Under the pieces are notes generated by a model that saw only the letters and a program-made list of their open reading frames with translations, was not told where the DNA came from and searched no databases. Shown in pieces: positions 26,798-40,605 of a DNA stretch of 64,000 bases; the first letter of the stretch is position 1, and each line of letters starts with the position of its first letter. The stretch lies in assembly GCA_965112155.1 (NCBI GenBank), contig OZ218108.1; one strand, 5' to 3'. Both the position numbers and the translations under genes were made by a program. This stretch comes from Podarcis liolepis. Taxonomy: Eukaryota.

Positions 26798-27043
<246 letters not shown>

Positions 27044-27523
27044 TGATATAAACCTGGATTACCTCTCATCTTCCCATCGTGTGTATTCCAGTAGACGTAC
27101 ATGTCTTGCTTTCTTAACTGGTTGTCATTCCTACCTGCAAAAAAAATCAGTTGTGTCTACTAAATATGCTTTGCATAGACCACTGTGAGTCGCTGAAATC
27201 TTCCCCTATGGTTGAAAGCAGCCAAGTTTCATAGATTGATTAAGTTTGCCTAAGGGGCCACTCTCCTTTGAAACGGATCAGTCTTGCACTTACAGCATTT
27301 TTGGCCTTTTAATACAGGCAGAAGCTGTAGATGTGAGATAATTGGAAGGCTATTAATGTCAGTGTGAAAAACACACAGCCCACCACCCCTTTGCTGTTCA
27401 GAATAAACCTTGCACTTGGTGTATTTTTGAGATTCTGTTTTCACGCCCGTCAAATGTGCAAATGGAAAAAGGGCTCTGTCTCCACAGGTTTCTCTAGAGA
27501 AATGTGTTTTCTGTCTGCTTTAG

Positions 27524-27712
<189 letters not shown>

Positions 27713-28499
27713 TAAATGCAATGTGGTTGATAGAACATTATACAACACTTAGTTGGGAAAATGTTAAGTCTTTTGTGTAGGTTTGCATTTTTAAAAAATC
27801 ATGATTTAAAACAGGGGCCCCATGCCAGCCAAAGCCAATGATTAGTGGAGCCAGAGACAAAATTGTTTTGGATAAACAAGCCTGCCTGCCTGCCTGCCTG
27901 GCACATCATTACCTATCTTCAGGTGCCAGACAAAAAAGTTTCTCTTCAACCAGCCATTTGGCTGATTAATGTTCTATGGCTTTTAAAACTTTTTTGGGGG
28001 GTGTTATTGCTTTGTTTTTGTTTTTGCATTTTATATTTCTCTGTTGTGAACTGCCCTTGGGATCTTCAGATGAATGGTGGTATACAAATTTAATGATATT
28101 AACAATGATCTGGAATTAAAAATATGCTGCTTCAGTTTTCACCATGTCTTCTTCAGATTACAATCCCCAATCCTCTGCCTAGTTTATTCAGAGTTAAGAC
28201 CACTGGGTTTGATGGAGTTACTCCCAAATAAGTATACACAGGGGGTTTTTTAACTAAAGGAGCTACAGCTCTTGAGTGTGATATGCAGATATGTACACAA
28301 AAGTCTACCAACTAGAATTTGAGGCACTTTACCGTAAGTACATTGCTTGCTCTTGTCAGAGCACAGAATTATGGAGAAGAGTATGGATAGCCTGGGACGA
28401 CTTCTGATGCTGCACTGAAGCTCAGAGTCACTTGGAGAACCATTAAAATATTTTCTGGTTTTGAATAGTTAAAGGTTTAATGCGCTGGGGTGGGGGTAA

Positions 28500-29174
<675 letters not shown>

Positions 29175-32100
29175 CGGTGCGACGGCTCTGCCGCTCCCTC
29201 TGCTTTCTCTCTCTCCTACTCTCTTTTCAAGAATCAAAAATGGTTTCCAAAGTGCATGTCACTCGGCACAGCCATGGTCACGCCTCACTGTCATCTGCAA
29301 GAGATGTTCGCTGATCAAAAACTGACCTTGATTACCCTGTTTGGCACTCAGGAATATTGTAACCAGAAATGTTCATTGTTCATAGCATCCAGAGAGCAAA
29401 GGAAGGGAAACACCTGCAAAAAGAACAGTTTAACGAGAATTCAACTTGGCAGATACAATCAGAGAGAGTGTCTACTCCAAGCTGTTTTCAAAAGGAGTAA
29501 CGGCTGGTCCAAAGCTTGTGTGTGCGTGTGTGTTTTGTATTGGTTTTTAGTTTCTTGAGAAGAGGCATTAGTAGCATACATCACCAGAATATACAGAAGG
29601 CGACCAGCGAGTGAACAAAAGGTTATTAGCGGAAAGCGATCGAGCTCAAATAATGGGGACACAACACGAATCTGTTACCAGTAGGAAGATGAAGCTGTGG
29701 AAGTCACATAATTTTCTAATTTCAAGTCTTCCTAACACATGACTGAAAAAAAAAGTGTAACTCAGTGGGTTGCACTGACGTCTGCATTTTGTATTATATG
29801 TAAAATGGAAATCTTTTTGTAGAGTTTACTTTTATTATTAAATGTATTGAGGTATTATATTTAAAAGAATGCAACACTCTCAGAACTTCATCTGCCACTG
29901 ATTATTTCTCCTCCTCCCCCCCCCAAAAAAAAGAGTAACTTGCAAGTTTTCAGTACAAATATGAGCTACACTGGATAAATCCAATTTTATATTTGTTTGC
30001 ACTTAAGATTTTCATACCAATTCATTCAGCTGTTGTAAAACAACTCTGTGTTCTAGACCAATGACAGCTATCAAACGCTCATTTTCCCCCTCCCATGTTG
30101 CAGAAAACTTGTTTGTTGGCATTAATTTCTGGGTTTTCTTACTGTAATTTCCCTGAAGCAGCAATATTTCATCCATGAAATGTCCTCAGAGATGGCTTGG
30201 TTGCTGCAGACCCAGCTTTTATTGCTGTGGGCTTACTATAAAATTTCTAAAATCTAATGGACCGTTGCAGTAGCACTTCCCCAAAATTTGGATTGTAACC
30301 CACTGCTGGATGGCAGCAGCCCTGAGTATTGAGCTCCAAACTCCTTACCGTGGGGTCCAGAGGGTGGAGGACTCCAACAAAGAATAGGGTTAGCAGGGGA
30401 GATCCCGAGGAAGCTCCAAAACAAAGATGAAACTCCATTAGCAGCTCCTAAGAAAGAAAAGTTGGGGGGACACTCCTATTAGAGCTGGGATTTGCAAGTC
30501 TACAGCTAGCATGAATGTGACTCTTGCTGTAAATACAAACCTTTTCTTTGTTAATTACATCATCCCCACAAGGCTGCTCCTAGTTGTGTATGCAAAGATT
30601 TGCTGTACCAGCAAATAATAATACTTAGGGTGAGGACATATGGACTGCTGTGACAACACAGTGCTACAGACTGTGCCTCTTCAAAGAGTACTTACAATTT
30701 GTAGTGGAATCTTTGCTGCTTCAGAAACAGACTGAAGCACCCTATTAATCCCCCTTAGTAGCTTTTTGCAAAGACAGCTGGGAATATAATGTAAAAGGTC
30801 ACCGATAAATCAGCCCCTTTAAAAATCAGACAAAATCAGCTTTTGACCTTGAATATGGCAAGAAATATATAATAGTCTTTAAAAAAAAAATCTGCAGAAA
30901 GGATCTTGCATTTTTGTCCACTCGGTGACTTTTGTTTTGCTCCTTTTGCTGTCCTACTGAGAGGTCACGTTGAACGAATAAATGTCTAGGATGGAATCGT
31001 AAAGGTTATGTTAGGGGCTAGAAATGCACGACCCTATAAAATAACAGAGCATTTGCAGAATGAAATGTAGCCTGTAATGCACCACAGAATTAAATGTCAC
31101 CAAAGCTATTGATTTTAATGGGTTTGTGTACATTTAACTCTGTCTCTCATTGTGCCCTTAGCCTGCAACCAGTATGTGATGAAAATTCTGCAGGGTGGTG
31201 GAGATGGTGGGTGTGAATTCACATCTGCCTCTGACCTGCGCTGCGACTGTGTTGCAGTGGGTGTTGGGGGCATAAATATGACTAGAGTCATGTTTGTGAC
31301 TATGCATGATAACATCTGCTGCCTTATCAACATGGAGCGTTCAATTGCCTGCACCCCTCCCTCCATACATAGACCAGCTCTTCTATGCAGAGTCCCTCCT
31401 GCATAGATTTGGCTTGAACGACGAGGCTGTTTTGACCCAATGAAAACAGTGGATTGGAGGTAGACCAGTTGAGGTCACAACTAACTCTTGAGTCCCATTG
31501 ATTTCAATAGATTGACCTTTTACGTCTTGATACAACCCACAGATTATACTTGGTTGACTAAACCAAGGAAAGTTTGGGACACTGCTAAATACCAGATTTT
31601 AAATGAAAGCACTGACTGACGGGGATTTTTTTTAAAGTGCATTTTAATGTGTCTCGTCTACCTTTTAGCTCTTGATGGCTTTTACTGAAGAAGGAAAAAC
31701 TGGAGAAGTTGATGAAAGAATTTCACCATGTTGTTGTCAGCCTAGGCTCCTGTCCTCCCCTCACTATGTCAACATTTGTTAGTCCCCAAGAGTGCCTGGA
31801 ATCTTAACGAATAAAGCAATATCAATTCCAAAAATCAATATATATCGGGAAGGGTATTTTATCTGCACTATAAAGGTTTAATCCTACGAACAGGGGTAAC
31901 CTCTAGCTGGAGCCAGCCAGAGACTTAAGTATTGGGGAAAGGCCGGCGTCTAATGCTGAGCAGGGCAAGGGGTATGTCTGGCCTCTTAAATAACGTTTTT
32001 TTAATGGTTATTCTAAGATGCTCAGTTTTAAGGAGGCTCGTGTCTGTTGATTGTTCTGGTTAGTGTGTACCCTGTAAGATTAAACTGTCAAAGAAAAAGG

Positions 32101-33281
32101 AGAGGTAATGAAAAAACCACCATATTGTGTAAAATACACACCCATATACATGGACAATCAAGTGGCAGGAAGCATAATAATGTTTAGAGGCAGGGATCGA
32201 ATGCACTGTACAATCTTTGTTTGTTTGTTTTACTTTGCCAAAGTGTGCTTTAGCGCCAGCACACTACTCTAAACACAACAACACAATACTTTTGAAAAAG
32301 TGTTTTAACATGTTTTCTTTGTGTTTCTGTTTTGTTTGTTTTTGCCGTAAGAGAAATGCAATGAAGTCGATTGAGGATTGTGTAGAGAGGGGGGAAAGAC
32401 AGAAAGAGGAATCTGAATTTGCACCTATACTTTAGCTTGCAAGTTGCTTTTCTCAGTAATACTGTGTCTGTTCCTTTTTAATTTCTGGTTCTGCACCGTT
32501 CTTCTAAAAACAAAACCTTTAAAAAAGATCAGGCAAAATAGGTAGAACAAATCACATTCAAAAGGTTGGGGTTTTTTATATTAAAAAAAAAACTTGAGGA
32601 TGAAATGAATTTTACAGGCCGCTTTGACAATTCTTTTAAAACCCATTTATTTATTTTTTATTTGTGCCATGCATATTTTTTTTCTCACCAAATGACCTTA
32701 CTTGTAATAAGTCTTGTTTGTCTCTGTTTACAACCATGTATTTATTGTAATGTATATATTGTAATGTTAATTGTAAATTATAAGTTCTTATTATAACATC
32801 ATCCTTGCCAGGGTGGTATTGCTATATTTGGAAACTCTTGGTGAGAGAATTAATATTGTGTATACATACTCCCCCACCCCCCCACCCCCTTGTACATTCT
32901 GTAATATATATCCTATATCACCTTAGAGCTTGTTTATGGAAGAGTTGAGAAAAATTATAAAGTACATAGTTATATAAATTAAAAAGCTGCAGGTCTTTGG
33001 TCCCAGGGCTGTGCCTTAACCTTAAACAACATTTTCTTCTGTTTTGCTGCATTTGAAAGAAAGGTCGTTGTGGAACATCGGCTGGGCATATCTCCACCGC
33101 CCTTCCTCCCCCCTCCCCGAGGGACACTGGTCCCGGCCTCTTTGGGATGCTCTGCATTCCAACGGGGTTTTATCTAGCTTCCTATTGGAAGCCCAAATGC
33201 TAACCTTGGGCATAAATCCCACCTGCCTGATAAGAGTGCTTTCCCCTTTTCAAAATGTATCTTAAGGGCATCACTTTATCC

Positions 33282-33412
33282 CAGCCTTTATCAAAATCCA
33301 GCTGTGCTGTGACGACCACTCCCATCAGTCCTGGGTAGCATAGTTGCACTGGCTGGAGATGACGGGAGTTGGGGTCCAAAATGTCTGAAGGACACGAGGT
33401 TGGTGTAGGCTG
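33282..33412. mobile_element. Degenerate hAT-type MITE inside the PDE4D 3' UTR
   Basis: cagcct...aggctg termini; inner actcccatca / tgacgggagtt arms as in 18012-18149. Confidence 0.65.
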
Positions 33413-34236
33413 CTGTGTCTTGCCCTTTAAAACAACAACAAGCAAACCAAAAAACACAACCGCCCTTTAATCAACCGGGCTGGGGCACCGTTCATCAACA
33501 ACCCCACTGAAACGTGGAAGTTGCCTCCTATGCACTTCAAGGAAGAAATGGGATGTGCCCTTTTGTTACCAATACAACAACTCTCACAATTATACCTAAT
33601 TTTATACTGCGCAGTAAATATACAACACTGACCCTGAACTCGCCCCCCCCCCCCGTCCAACACTACTAGCAAGCACTGCAAAGCAGCTGGAGCTCAGTCC
33701 CGTATAAATGGCTCTGTGGGTGCATGTATAGCATAGGTGTAAAGAATGACTGTAGCCTTTTAGACGGTTGAAACACTTCTCATTTCTACTTTTAATTTTT
33801 GCAGAGTTTGCCGTGTCTTGAAGGTGTTGTCTTGCTGCTGTTCTTAATCATGTAATTTCGTAGTATCTGATACCTCGTCACCATTCCAATAATGCCCAGC
33901 CCTTGTAGCATGTGACTGTTCAGTGAAAGGAGAGATTCTTTTTCAAGGAAAAAAAATAGCCTCCTTTTTGACACAAACTGTAGATTTTAGCAGCCCTGGC
34001 CCAAAGGAATAAGATTGCTTTTGTTTTAAACAGTATAAAAGGGACACTATAACAACAGAATTACTGAACAATATTTTTGTTGTTTTCAATTTGGTTTGTT
34101 TCCTTTGGGTATGTCTTTAGAGTGGCACATTGTGTGAACATTGCAATTAATTCAATGGTTTCTTAGCCGCTCTTACAGCCTATGGGATAGTACTGTACGT
34201 CAAATACCTTCATATGAAATTTTTATATGCAATGGA

Positions 34237-34296
34237 AATAAAAGCATGGGTTGATTCTGCCTAGATACTGTACTTGACCATCTTTTTGCAAATAAA
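34237..34296 (+). terminator. Tandem polyadenylation signals (AATAAA x2) of PDE4D
   Basis: AATAAA at 34237-34242 and 34291-34296 at the end of the repeat-poor UTR-like block; TGTA motifs nearby. Confidence 0.7.
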
Positions 34297-34894
34297 TTTA
34301 TCTTACACTGTTGACTGCTCATCTGTAATAAGATCTATTTTTTTAATGGTTGCCTGCCCAACCCAAAAGGAAACTACATATGTCTAATACAACTTCATAA
34401 CTATCTCATCTGTAGCAAAAAGTTGCAGAAAGCAACTGCCTACCCTCCTTTTGGGTGAAGACATCAGAAAGGAAGGAACAATTGGGGTCCATTGTCCTGC
34501 CTACCACAATTGAACGTAACAGTCTCCCTGATCCAGCTAGAGACCACACATGGGTGGGAGCAGACTTTTACATATATATCCTTCATTGGATGAAGAATCA
34601 TACATACAAATTATTGCTGGAATGTGGCAATTGCCCACCTGTGATCAATGCCCAGTCTCAGCTTTGACTAGCACCACTAAGTTACGTTGAACAACATCAA
34701 GTATGTTTAATAGTAAGCGCGATATGCTGGATGGCATGTGACCAGAAGTTCTAGGTTTCTTTGTTGAGTTTTATGCAATCAAGTGTTGCTTGTTTGCATG
34801 CATAGACTTGAACCAGGATCCTTGTCTACAATATTTTCTCATCATTTCCCCCAGGGCTCTTTCTATAGCTCAGCCACCATATGTTTTTTAATCT

Positions 34895-35530
34895 TTCCCC
34901 CCAATAAATTTTATTAAAGTTTGAAAGGAAATAGACAAAGGTTGATAAATACCCAGCATCTTATCATTAAAGATAAAAAACTAATTTTTAAAAAAAACCA
35001 AAAGAAGGAAAATAAAAAAGATAAGCAATTCTTCTGTCAGCTATCTATAGAAAATTAACCAAAACATCCACTCCAAGATAACACACAACAATTCCACTTT
35101 CTATAAACCAACATTTCCTTCAATCCTCAACCCCAGATATCATACGTTCATTTTCTTCTTCACAAAAGAAATCTACACAGGCGCAGGGGTTACATTCTGT
35201 GTGGATTGGCAGGGTCCTCATAAAGCAATCTACCCTGTCCTTATTCTACCCCTTTTGTGACTTTAGGTCACTTCCGGATTTGGCAGTGTGCACAATCACG
35301 TGTCAATTGGACACGCTTAAATCGGTGGTTGCCTGTTCTCAGTCATTAATAAATATTGACAATGATATTTCTCTGATTAAACACATCAACTTTGCCATCT
35401 CAGCTAAGTTTAATAATTTTAACAACCATTCCTACCTGGTAGGCAATGATTAAAACTTTCAACCTTTGTGCATATAAAAGTCTTGTGGCTGTGATCATGT
35501 ATTGAAATAATGTTCCTTTTCTAATTGTAT
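34895..35530 (-). mobile_element. Old L1-clade LINE 3' fragment
   Basis: Reverse translation near 35460-35512 gives LFQYMITATRLLYAQRLK, comparable to FMYATTAARILVAKYWK; reverse AATAAA near 34910. Confidence 0.6.
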
Positions 35531-37751
35531 ATCCATTATTCCCAGCAGGAAAAGTTCTGGCTTCAACTGAATGCAGATGTTTTAAACTGCAATTCCCATG
35601 TCCATGCTGGCTGGAGTGATGAGAACTGCAGTCGAAAACATTTGGCAGGCACCAAGTTTACGTTCGCTACCATAGTAATAAAAAGCCAGTGCATGTGCTT
35701 AAATCTCCCCCATTGAAACCAACAGACCTTAAGAGTGCCTGACTTTGGTAATTTTGCATAAAACTTGGGCGACATGATTCAGCCAAACAGTTATTTGTGA
35801 ACTTTACCATGGTAGGAGCATATGGTGTGCAGCTTAAAAAAAAATAAAATGTATGCATTCTCTGCTGTTGGCTATGATGTGAAGGATACAGATGGCCACA
35901 TGGAGCACTTGAGATCTAATTTGAGGTCTTTGTGCAATCTAGAACCCTGGAAAAACTGGCGCTCCAAAATTCACAGCCTTCAAGAGCAGAAAAGGCTCTC
36001 TGCTTCAGAAGTTACCCAACTCATGGAGGACGATGGGCAGGGCAACATGGTGTAGAGCTAACACACACAACGTCATTGTCTCCCACCCCACTCCCCAAGG
36101 ATGGGAGACTATACAAAATCCTATAGGTGCGGCTCTGAACTGAGACCTGTGGGTGAAGGGAGGTATATAAATTCAATAAAATAAAAACTTCAGAGGAATA
36201 TTCGACATCTCCATTAAAAACCAAACAAAAAATGATCAGGTAGTAGGAATTGGAAAAGAATCCTCTCTGCCTGAGACCCTGTACAGCAACTGTGACTGAG
36301 GGAAGCCAATACTGGCCTAGAGAGACAAACAGTCTGATTTGATAAGCAGTTTGCTGTGCTCCTCAGAATGGGTGTGTGAGTACAATGACATGAGCATCAA
36401 CTACGCTTTCAAGGATGCTGAACTCCGAAGGCTGAGCAGCGCAACAGAACCAGAGGGAGGATTGTGTGGGAGATGCAAGCTCCCAAAGGAGAACACAGAG
36501 AACCTGATAAAGCTGCCATCCCTCTGAGCTTCCCAGTGGCAATGCCATACGGCCATGTGGCTTGGGACACTTCTGCACGGCACTTGGGCAAAGCACATGT
36601 TGCCAAGGTGACTGTGCAACTGCTGCGGAAAAGCCCTTGAGAAAAACATAGGGAATATCTCTGACCAGATTAACAAGCAGTGCCAGCACGGATAATACCC
36701 AACACTCATTTTGTGTGCGTGTGCTGAATCCCGGCACTGCTCCATCCCAACAGATGATGTTGTCTCTAAAGTGGACAGCCGACCATTGTCTGGCTGGCAG
36801 GGTCAGCGCCATGCAGGCAGCAGCATGTGAGTAGGAGAGAAAAGCGCTGGATTTGCGTAGGTCTTCTTAAAGTGCTCCCTGTGCCTGCGACAACATCCTT
36901 TATTTGCATCCTTATTAAAGAACGCGTTGGATCAAGTGAGCAGAGCCCATACGGCATTCTCCTCGACTGCAGACCAGGTCTCTCAGCCTGCTATTTGACA
37001 CCAATACTAAACTGCCAATAGTAAACTGAATCGTTTACTGATCATTCACATTCTCCAGGGTGGCCATGTGTTAAAAGAGCATGTGGCACATGTGCCAGCA
37101 GCGCTCTTTGCAGGCCTGACTGGCCCAGGACCCACCAATGTGTGTGGGGGAGCACATGAGCACATCTGTGCACACCAGCATGCACCAGGCTCCCTTCTCC
37201 ATCTTACTGACTGTGTAGCTAGTGGGGGGGGGGCTGAGGTCTCCACAAATGCATGGGGCAGGGTGAAGCATGGTCACCAGGCACCGTGCTACTCCCCTCT
37301 CAATGCCTGCTGGGTGGGTTTTTTTCCTGAACATCCCTGGCATAAAGTCTTTCAGCTCCTGTGCCAGAATCCCCAGTATGAGTCCCTCATTCCATCTTAC
37401 CCAGAAGGATGTAAGAGATGCTTGATGAAGAAGGTTTTTCAAACAAGTAGTCTGCCACTCAGCTGAGAGGTGCAATATTTAACTCCCCACCCCACAAGCA
37501 CATAGGTTTAAATGAGGATGGCCGTGTGCCCTATTACATAGAGGACAGTCCTCTATTTTGAAGGCTGCCCAGTACATGTCTGTGGCTTAAAGACAACCAT
37601 AAAAGGGGGAGGAAGGAGCTCTGAATCTGCCCCTCAGGCACACATGGCATCTGCTATCACCTCCACTATGGTGAGATGGATTGTATTTCTATTTAATGTA
37701 TAAATGATTACTTCAAAATCCCCATCAATACGTATTATCGCATGCAAATTT

Positions 37752-40518
37752 TATAATAATAATAATAATAATAAATTTTATTTATATCCCGCCCTCCCCA
37801 GCCGAAGCCGGGCTCAGGGCGGCTAACAACACTAAAATAGTGCAACATTATAAAACATCATAAGAATTAATTAAAATCAAAATTGATGGCAACCATAAAC
37901 TAAAGTATTGTAAAGATTGCCAAAGGAGGGAGTCAGGCTGTGCCCTAACCAAAGGCCTGGTGGAACAGCTCTGTCTTGCAGGCCCTGCGGAAAGATGTCA
38001 AGTCCTGCAGGGCCCTTGTCTCTTGTGACAGAGCGTTCCACCAGGTTGGAGCCGCAGCCGAAAAAGCCCTGGCTCTAGTTGAGGCCAGCCTAACCTCTCT
38101 GTGGCCTGGGACCTTCAAGATGTTTTTATTTGAGGACCGTAAGTTCCTCTGTGGGGCATACCAGGAGAGGCGGTCCCGTAGATACGAGGGTCCTAGGCCG
38201 TGTAGGGCTTTGAAGGTTAAAACCAGCACCTTAAACCTGATCCTGTACTCCACCGGGAGCCAGTGCAGCTGGTATAGCACCGGATGAATGTGATCCCGCA
38301 GCGAAGACCCCGTAAGGAGTCTCGCTGCGGCATTCTGCACCCGCTGGAGTTTCTGGGTCAGTCTCAAGGGCAGCCCCACGTAGAGCGAGTTACAATAATC
38401 CAGTCTGGAGGTGACCGTCGCGTGGATCACAGTGGCTAGGTCAGGGCGAGAGAGGTAAGGAGCCAACTGCTTAGCTTGGCGGAGATGAAAGAATGCCGCC
38501 TTTGTTATAGCTGCAATCTGCGCCTCCATGGAGAGGGAGGTATCGAAGATTACACCCAAACTCTTAACGGACGGTGCTGGCACTAATTGCACCCCCGCAA
38601 GAGATGGGAGTTGCCCCCTCAATCCCATATCGTCCCGTCCCAGCCAGAGGACCTCTGTCTTCGAAGGATTTAACTTCAACCGGCTCCCACGTAACCATCC
38701 AGCCACAGCTTCCAAGCATCTGATCAGTGTGTCTGGGGCCGAGTCAGGATGGCCATCCATCAACAGATAGAGTTGGGTGTCATCAGCATACTGATGGCAA
38801 CCCAGCCCAAAACTCCGGACAAGCTGGGCGAGGGGGCGCATAAAGATGTTAAAAAGCATCGGGGAGAGAATCGCACCCTGAGGCACTCCACACACCAAGG
38901 AGTGGCGGGATGACAGTTCCCCCCCAAGCGCCACCCTCTGTCCCCGACCAGAGAGAAACGAGCGCAGCCATTGAAGGACTGTGCCCTGGATCCCCACGTC
39001 GGCGAGGCGGTGGTCCAGAAGTTCGTGATCAACCATGTCGAAAGCTGCTGACAGATCTAGAAGAATCAGCAGCCCCGACCCGCCTCGATCCAGCTGTCTA
39101 CGAAGGTCATCTGTTAGGGCGACCAGAGCCGTCTCGGTCCCATGACCAGCGCGGAAGCCGGACTGGAATGGATCCAGAGCCGATGTTTCATCCAGAAACC
39201 TACCAAGCTGTTCAGCAACCGCTCTCTCAATCACCTTACCCAGGAATGGAAGATTCGAAACTGGGCGGTAATTGGATAGGTCTAAGGGGTCTAATGATGT
39301 TTTCTTTAAGAGCGGACGCACCACTGCCTCCTTCAGTTCCCCTGGGAATGTCCCGGTGCCAAGGGACAAATTGATGATATCCCCCAGGGGGGCCCGCACC
39401 TCGTCTGGACACGCTCTAATCAGCCAAGACGGGCACGGGTCGAGAGGACAAGTGGTGGGCTTTCCAGCTCGGAGGAGTCTGTCCACATCGGCTGGGGATA
39501 TCCGGTCAAAGTGGTCCAATACTGGACCCGAGGACAGTCGAGGGGCCTCCAGTTCCTTTATTGTATCCAAATTGGCAGGGAGGTCATGGCGGAGCGACAG
39601 GACCTTCTCCGCAAAAAAGCTCGCAAATGCCTCACAGCTGTGTGTCGAATTGTTATTTAAATTTGGCTGTCCTTCGAGGGACGTTAAAGACCGAATTATA
39701 CTAAATAATTGTGCCGGGCGAGAGCTAGCGGATGCAATGGAGGCCGAGAAGTAGGACTTCTTAGCGGCCTTCACTGCCATCTCGTAGGTTTTCATAAAAA
39801 CCCTATAAGATGTTCTTGAGGCTCCGTCACGGGCACCCCGCCATACTCGCTCTAGCCGTCTGAGGTCCCGCTTCATTTTCCGGAGCTCCTCAGTAAACCA
39901 GGGAGCCCGGTTTCTGCGGGGTCGCAGAGGGCGCTTAGGTGCGATCTCATTGATGGCTGCCAGGAGCTGGGTATTCCAGCCCTCAACAAGCTCAGTCAAT
40001 GAGTCGCCAGGGGGAGAAAGGTCCCGCAAGGCTTGACGGAATCTATCAGGGTCCATCAGCCTCCGCGGGCGAGCCCAAATCGGCTCACCACCTAAGCAGG
40101 GTGGGGGTGGAACGTCAATCCTGGCTTTCAGAGCGTAGTGATCAGACCATGGCACCTTCATCGAAGGAAACATGATCACATCTATACCGACGCCAAAGAT
40201 CAGATCCAGCGTGTGGCCTGCTTGATGTGTGGCGCCCGAAACAAACTGGGAGAGCCCTAGTGTCGCCATGGAAGACACCAGGTCCAGAGCCTGTGAGGAG
40301 GGAGTGGCATCGGCATGGATGTTGAAGTCCCCCAATACCAATAGGTTAGGGAACTCCAAGGCCCAGCCGGCCACCGCCTCCAGCAGGCCTGACAGGGTGG
40401 CTGCTGGTGCGCTAGGTGGCCGGTACACCAGCCAGACAGCCAAGCTCACCTCGGAGCCCCACACTAGGCCAACACATTCAATGCCAGGGATCGATGGCGG
40501 TGGTAGAGCCCTGAAAGA
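37752..40518 (-). mobile_element. Young 5'-truncated L2-clade LINE
   Basis: Uninterrupted ORF 37945-40464, with the frame open to about 40518; 3' UTR with stem-loop (37789-37822) and (TTA)n tail at 37752-37773. Confidence 0.93.
37945..40464 (-). CDS. L2 LINE ORF2: partial APE endonuclease plus reverse transcriptase (N-terminally truncated)
   Basis: Endonuclease motifs YRPP, GDFN, TLDL, SDH; RT motifs YRPVSNL, QSGFR, LDLSAAFD, GVPQG, YADD; L2-type C-terminus LHWLPV..RI.FK. Confidence 0.92.
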   Translation of the reverse strand: MWGSEVSLAVWLVYRPPSAPAATLSGLLEAVAGWALEFPNLLVLGDFNIHADATPSSQALDLVSSMATLGLSQFVSGATHQAGHTLDLIFGVGIDVIMFPSMKVPWSDHYALKARIDVPPPPCLGGEPIWARPRRLMDPDRFRQALRDLSPPGDSLTELVEGWNTQLLAAINEIAPKRPLRPRRNRAPWFTEELRKMKRDLRRLERVWRGARDGASRTSYRVFMKTYEMAVKAAKKSYFSASIASASSRPAQLFSIIRSLTSLEGQPNLNNNSTHSCEAFASFFAEKVLSLRHDLPANLDTIKELEAPRLSSGPVLDHFDRISPADVDRLLRAGKPTTCPLDPCPSWLIRACPDEVRAPLGDIINLSLGTGTFPGELKEAVVRPLLKKTSLDPLDLSNYRPVSNLPFLGKVIERAVAEQLGRFLDETSALDPFQSGFRAGHGTETALVALTDDLRRQLDRGGSGLLILLDLSAAFDMVDHELLDHRLADVGIQGTVLQWLRSFLSGRGQRVALGGELSSRHSLVCGVPQGAILSPMLFNIFMRPLAQLVRSFGLGCHQYADDTQLYLLMDGHPDSAPDTLIRCLEAVAGWLRGSRLKLNPSKTEVLWLGRDDMGLRGQLPSLAGVQLVPAPSVKSLGVIFDTSLSMEAQIAAITKAAFFHLRQAKQLAPYLSRPDLATVIHATVTSRLDYCNSLYVGLPLRLTQKLQRVQNAAARLLTGSSLRDHIHPVLYQLHWLPVEYRIRFKVLVLTFKALHGLGPSYLRDRLSWYAPQRNLRSSNKNILKVPGHREVRLASTRARAFSAAAPTWWNALSQETRALQDLTSFRRACKTELFHQAFG

Positions 40519-40605
40519 ACAATCTTATACTAAGCAGTGTCCTCTCTTTGGGGCAGGAGATGTTAATCCTCTTTTTCGGCAACACAAAACTATCCTGCCT
40601 CATTA

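Larger units (their letters stand above)
29175..34320 (+). other. PDE4D: PDE4D long 3' UTR (about 5.1 kb)
   Basis: Follows the stop codon; AU-rich and nearly transposon-free compared with its flanks; ends at tandem AATAAA (34237-34242, 34291-34296). The end point is inferred. Confidence 0.75.

Noticed and set aside
36339-37021. Cluster of overlapping ORFs up to 149 aa
   Set aside because: No recognisable domain or consistent exon structure; probably non-coding unique sequence.
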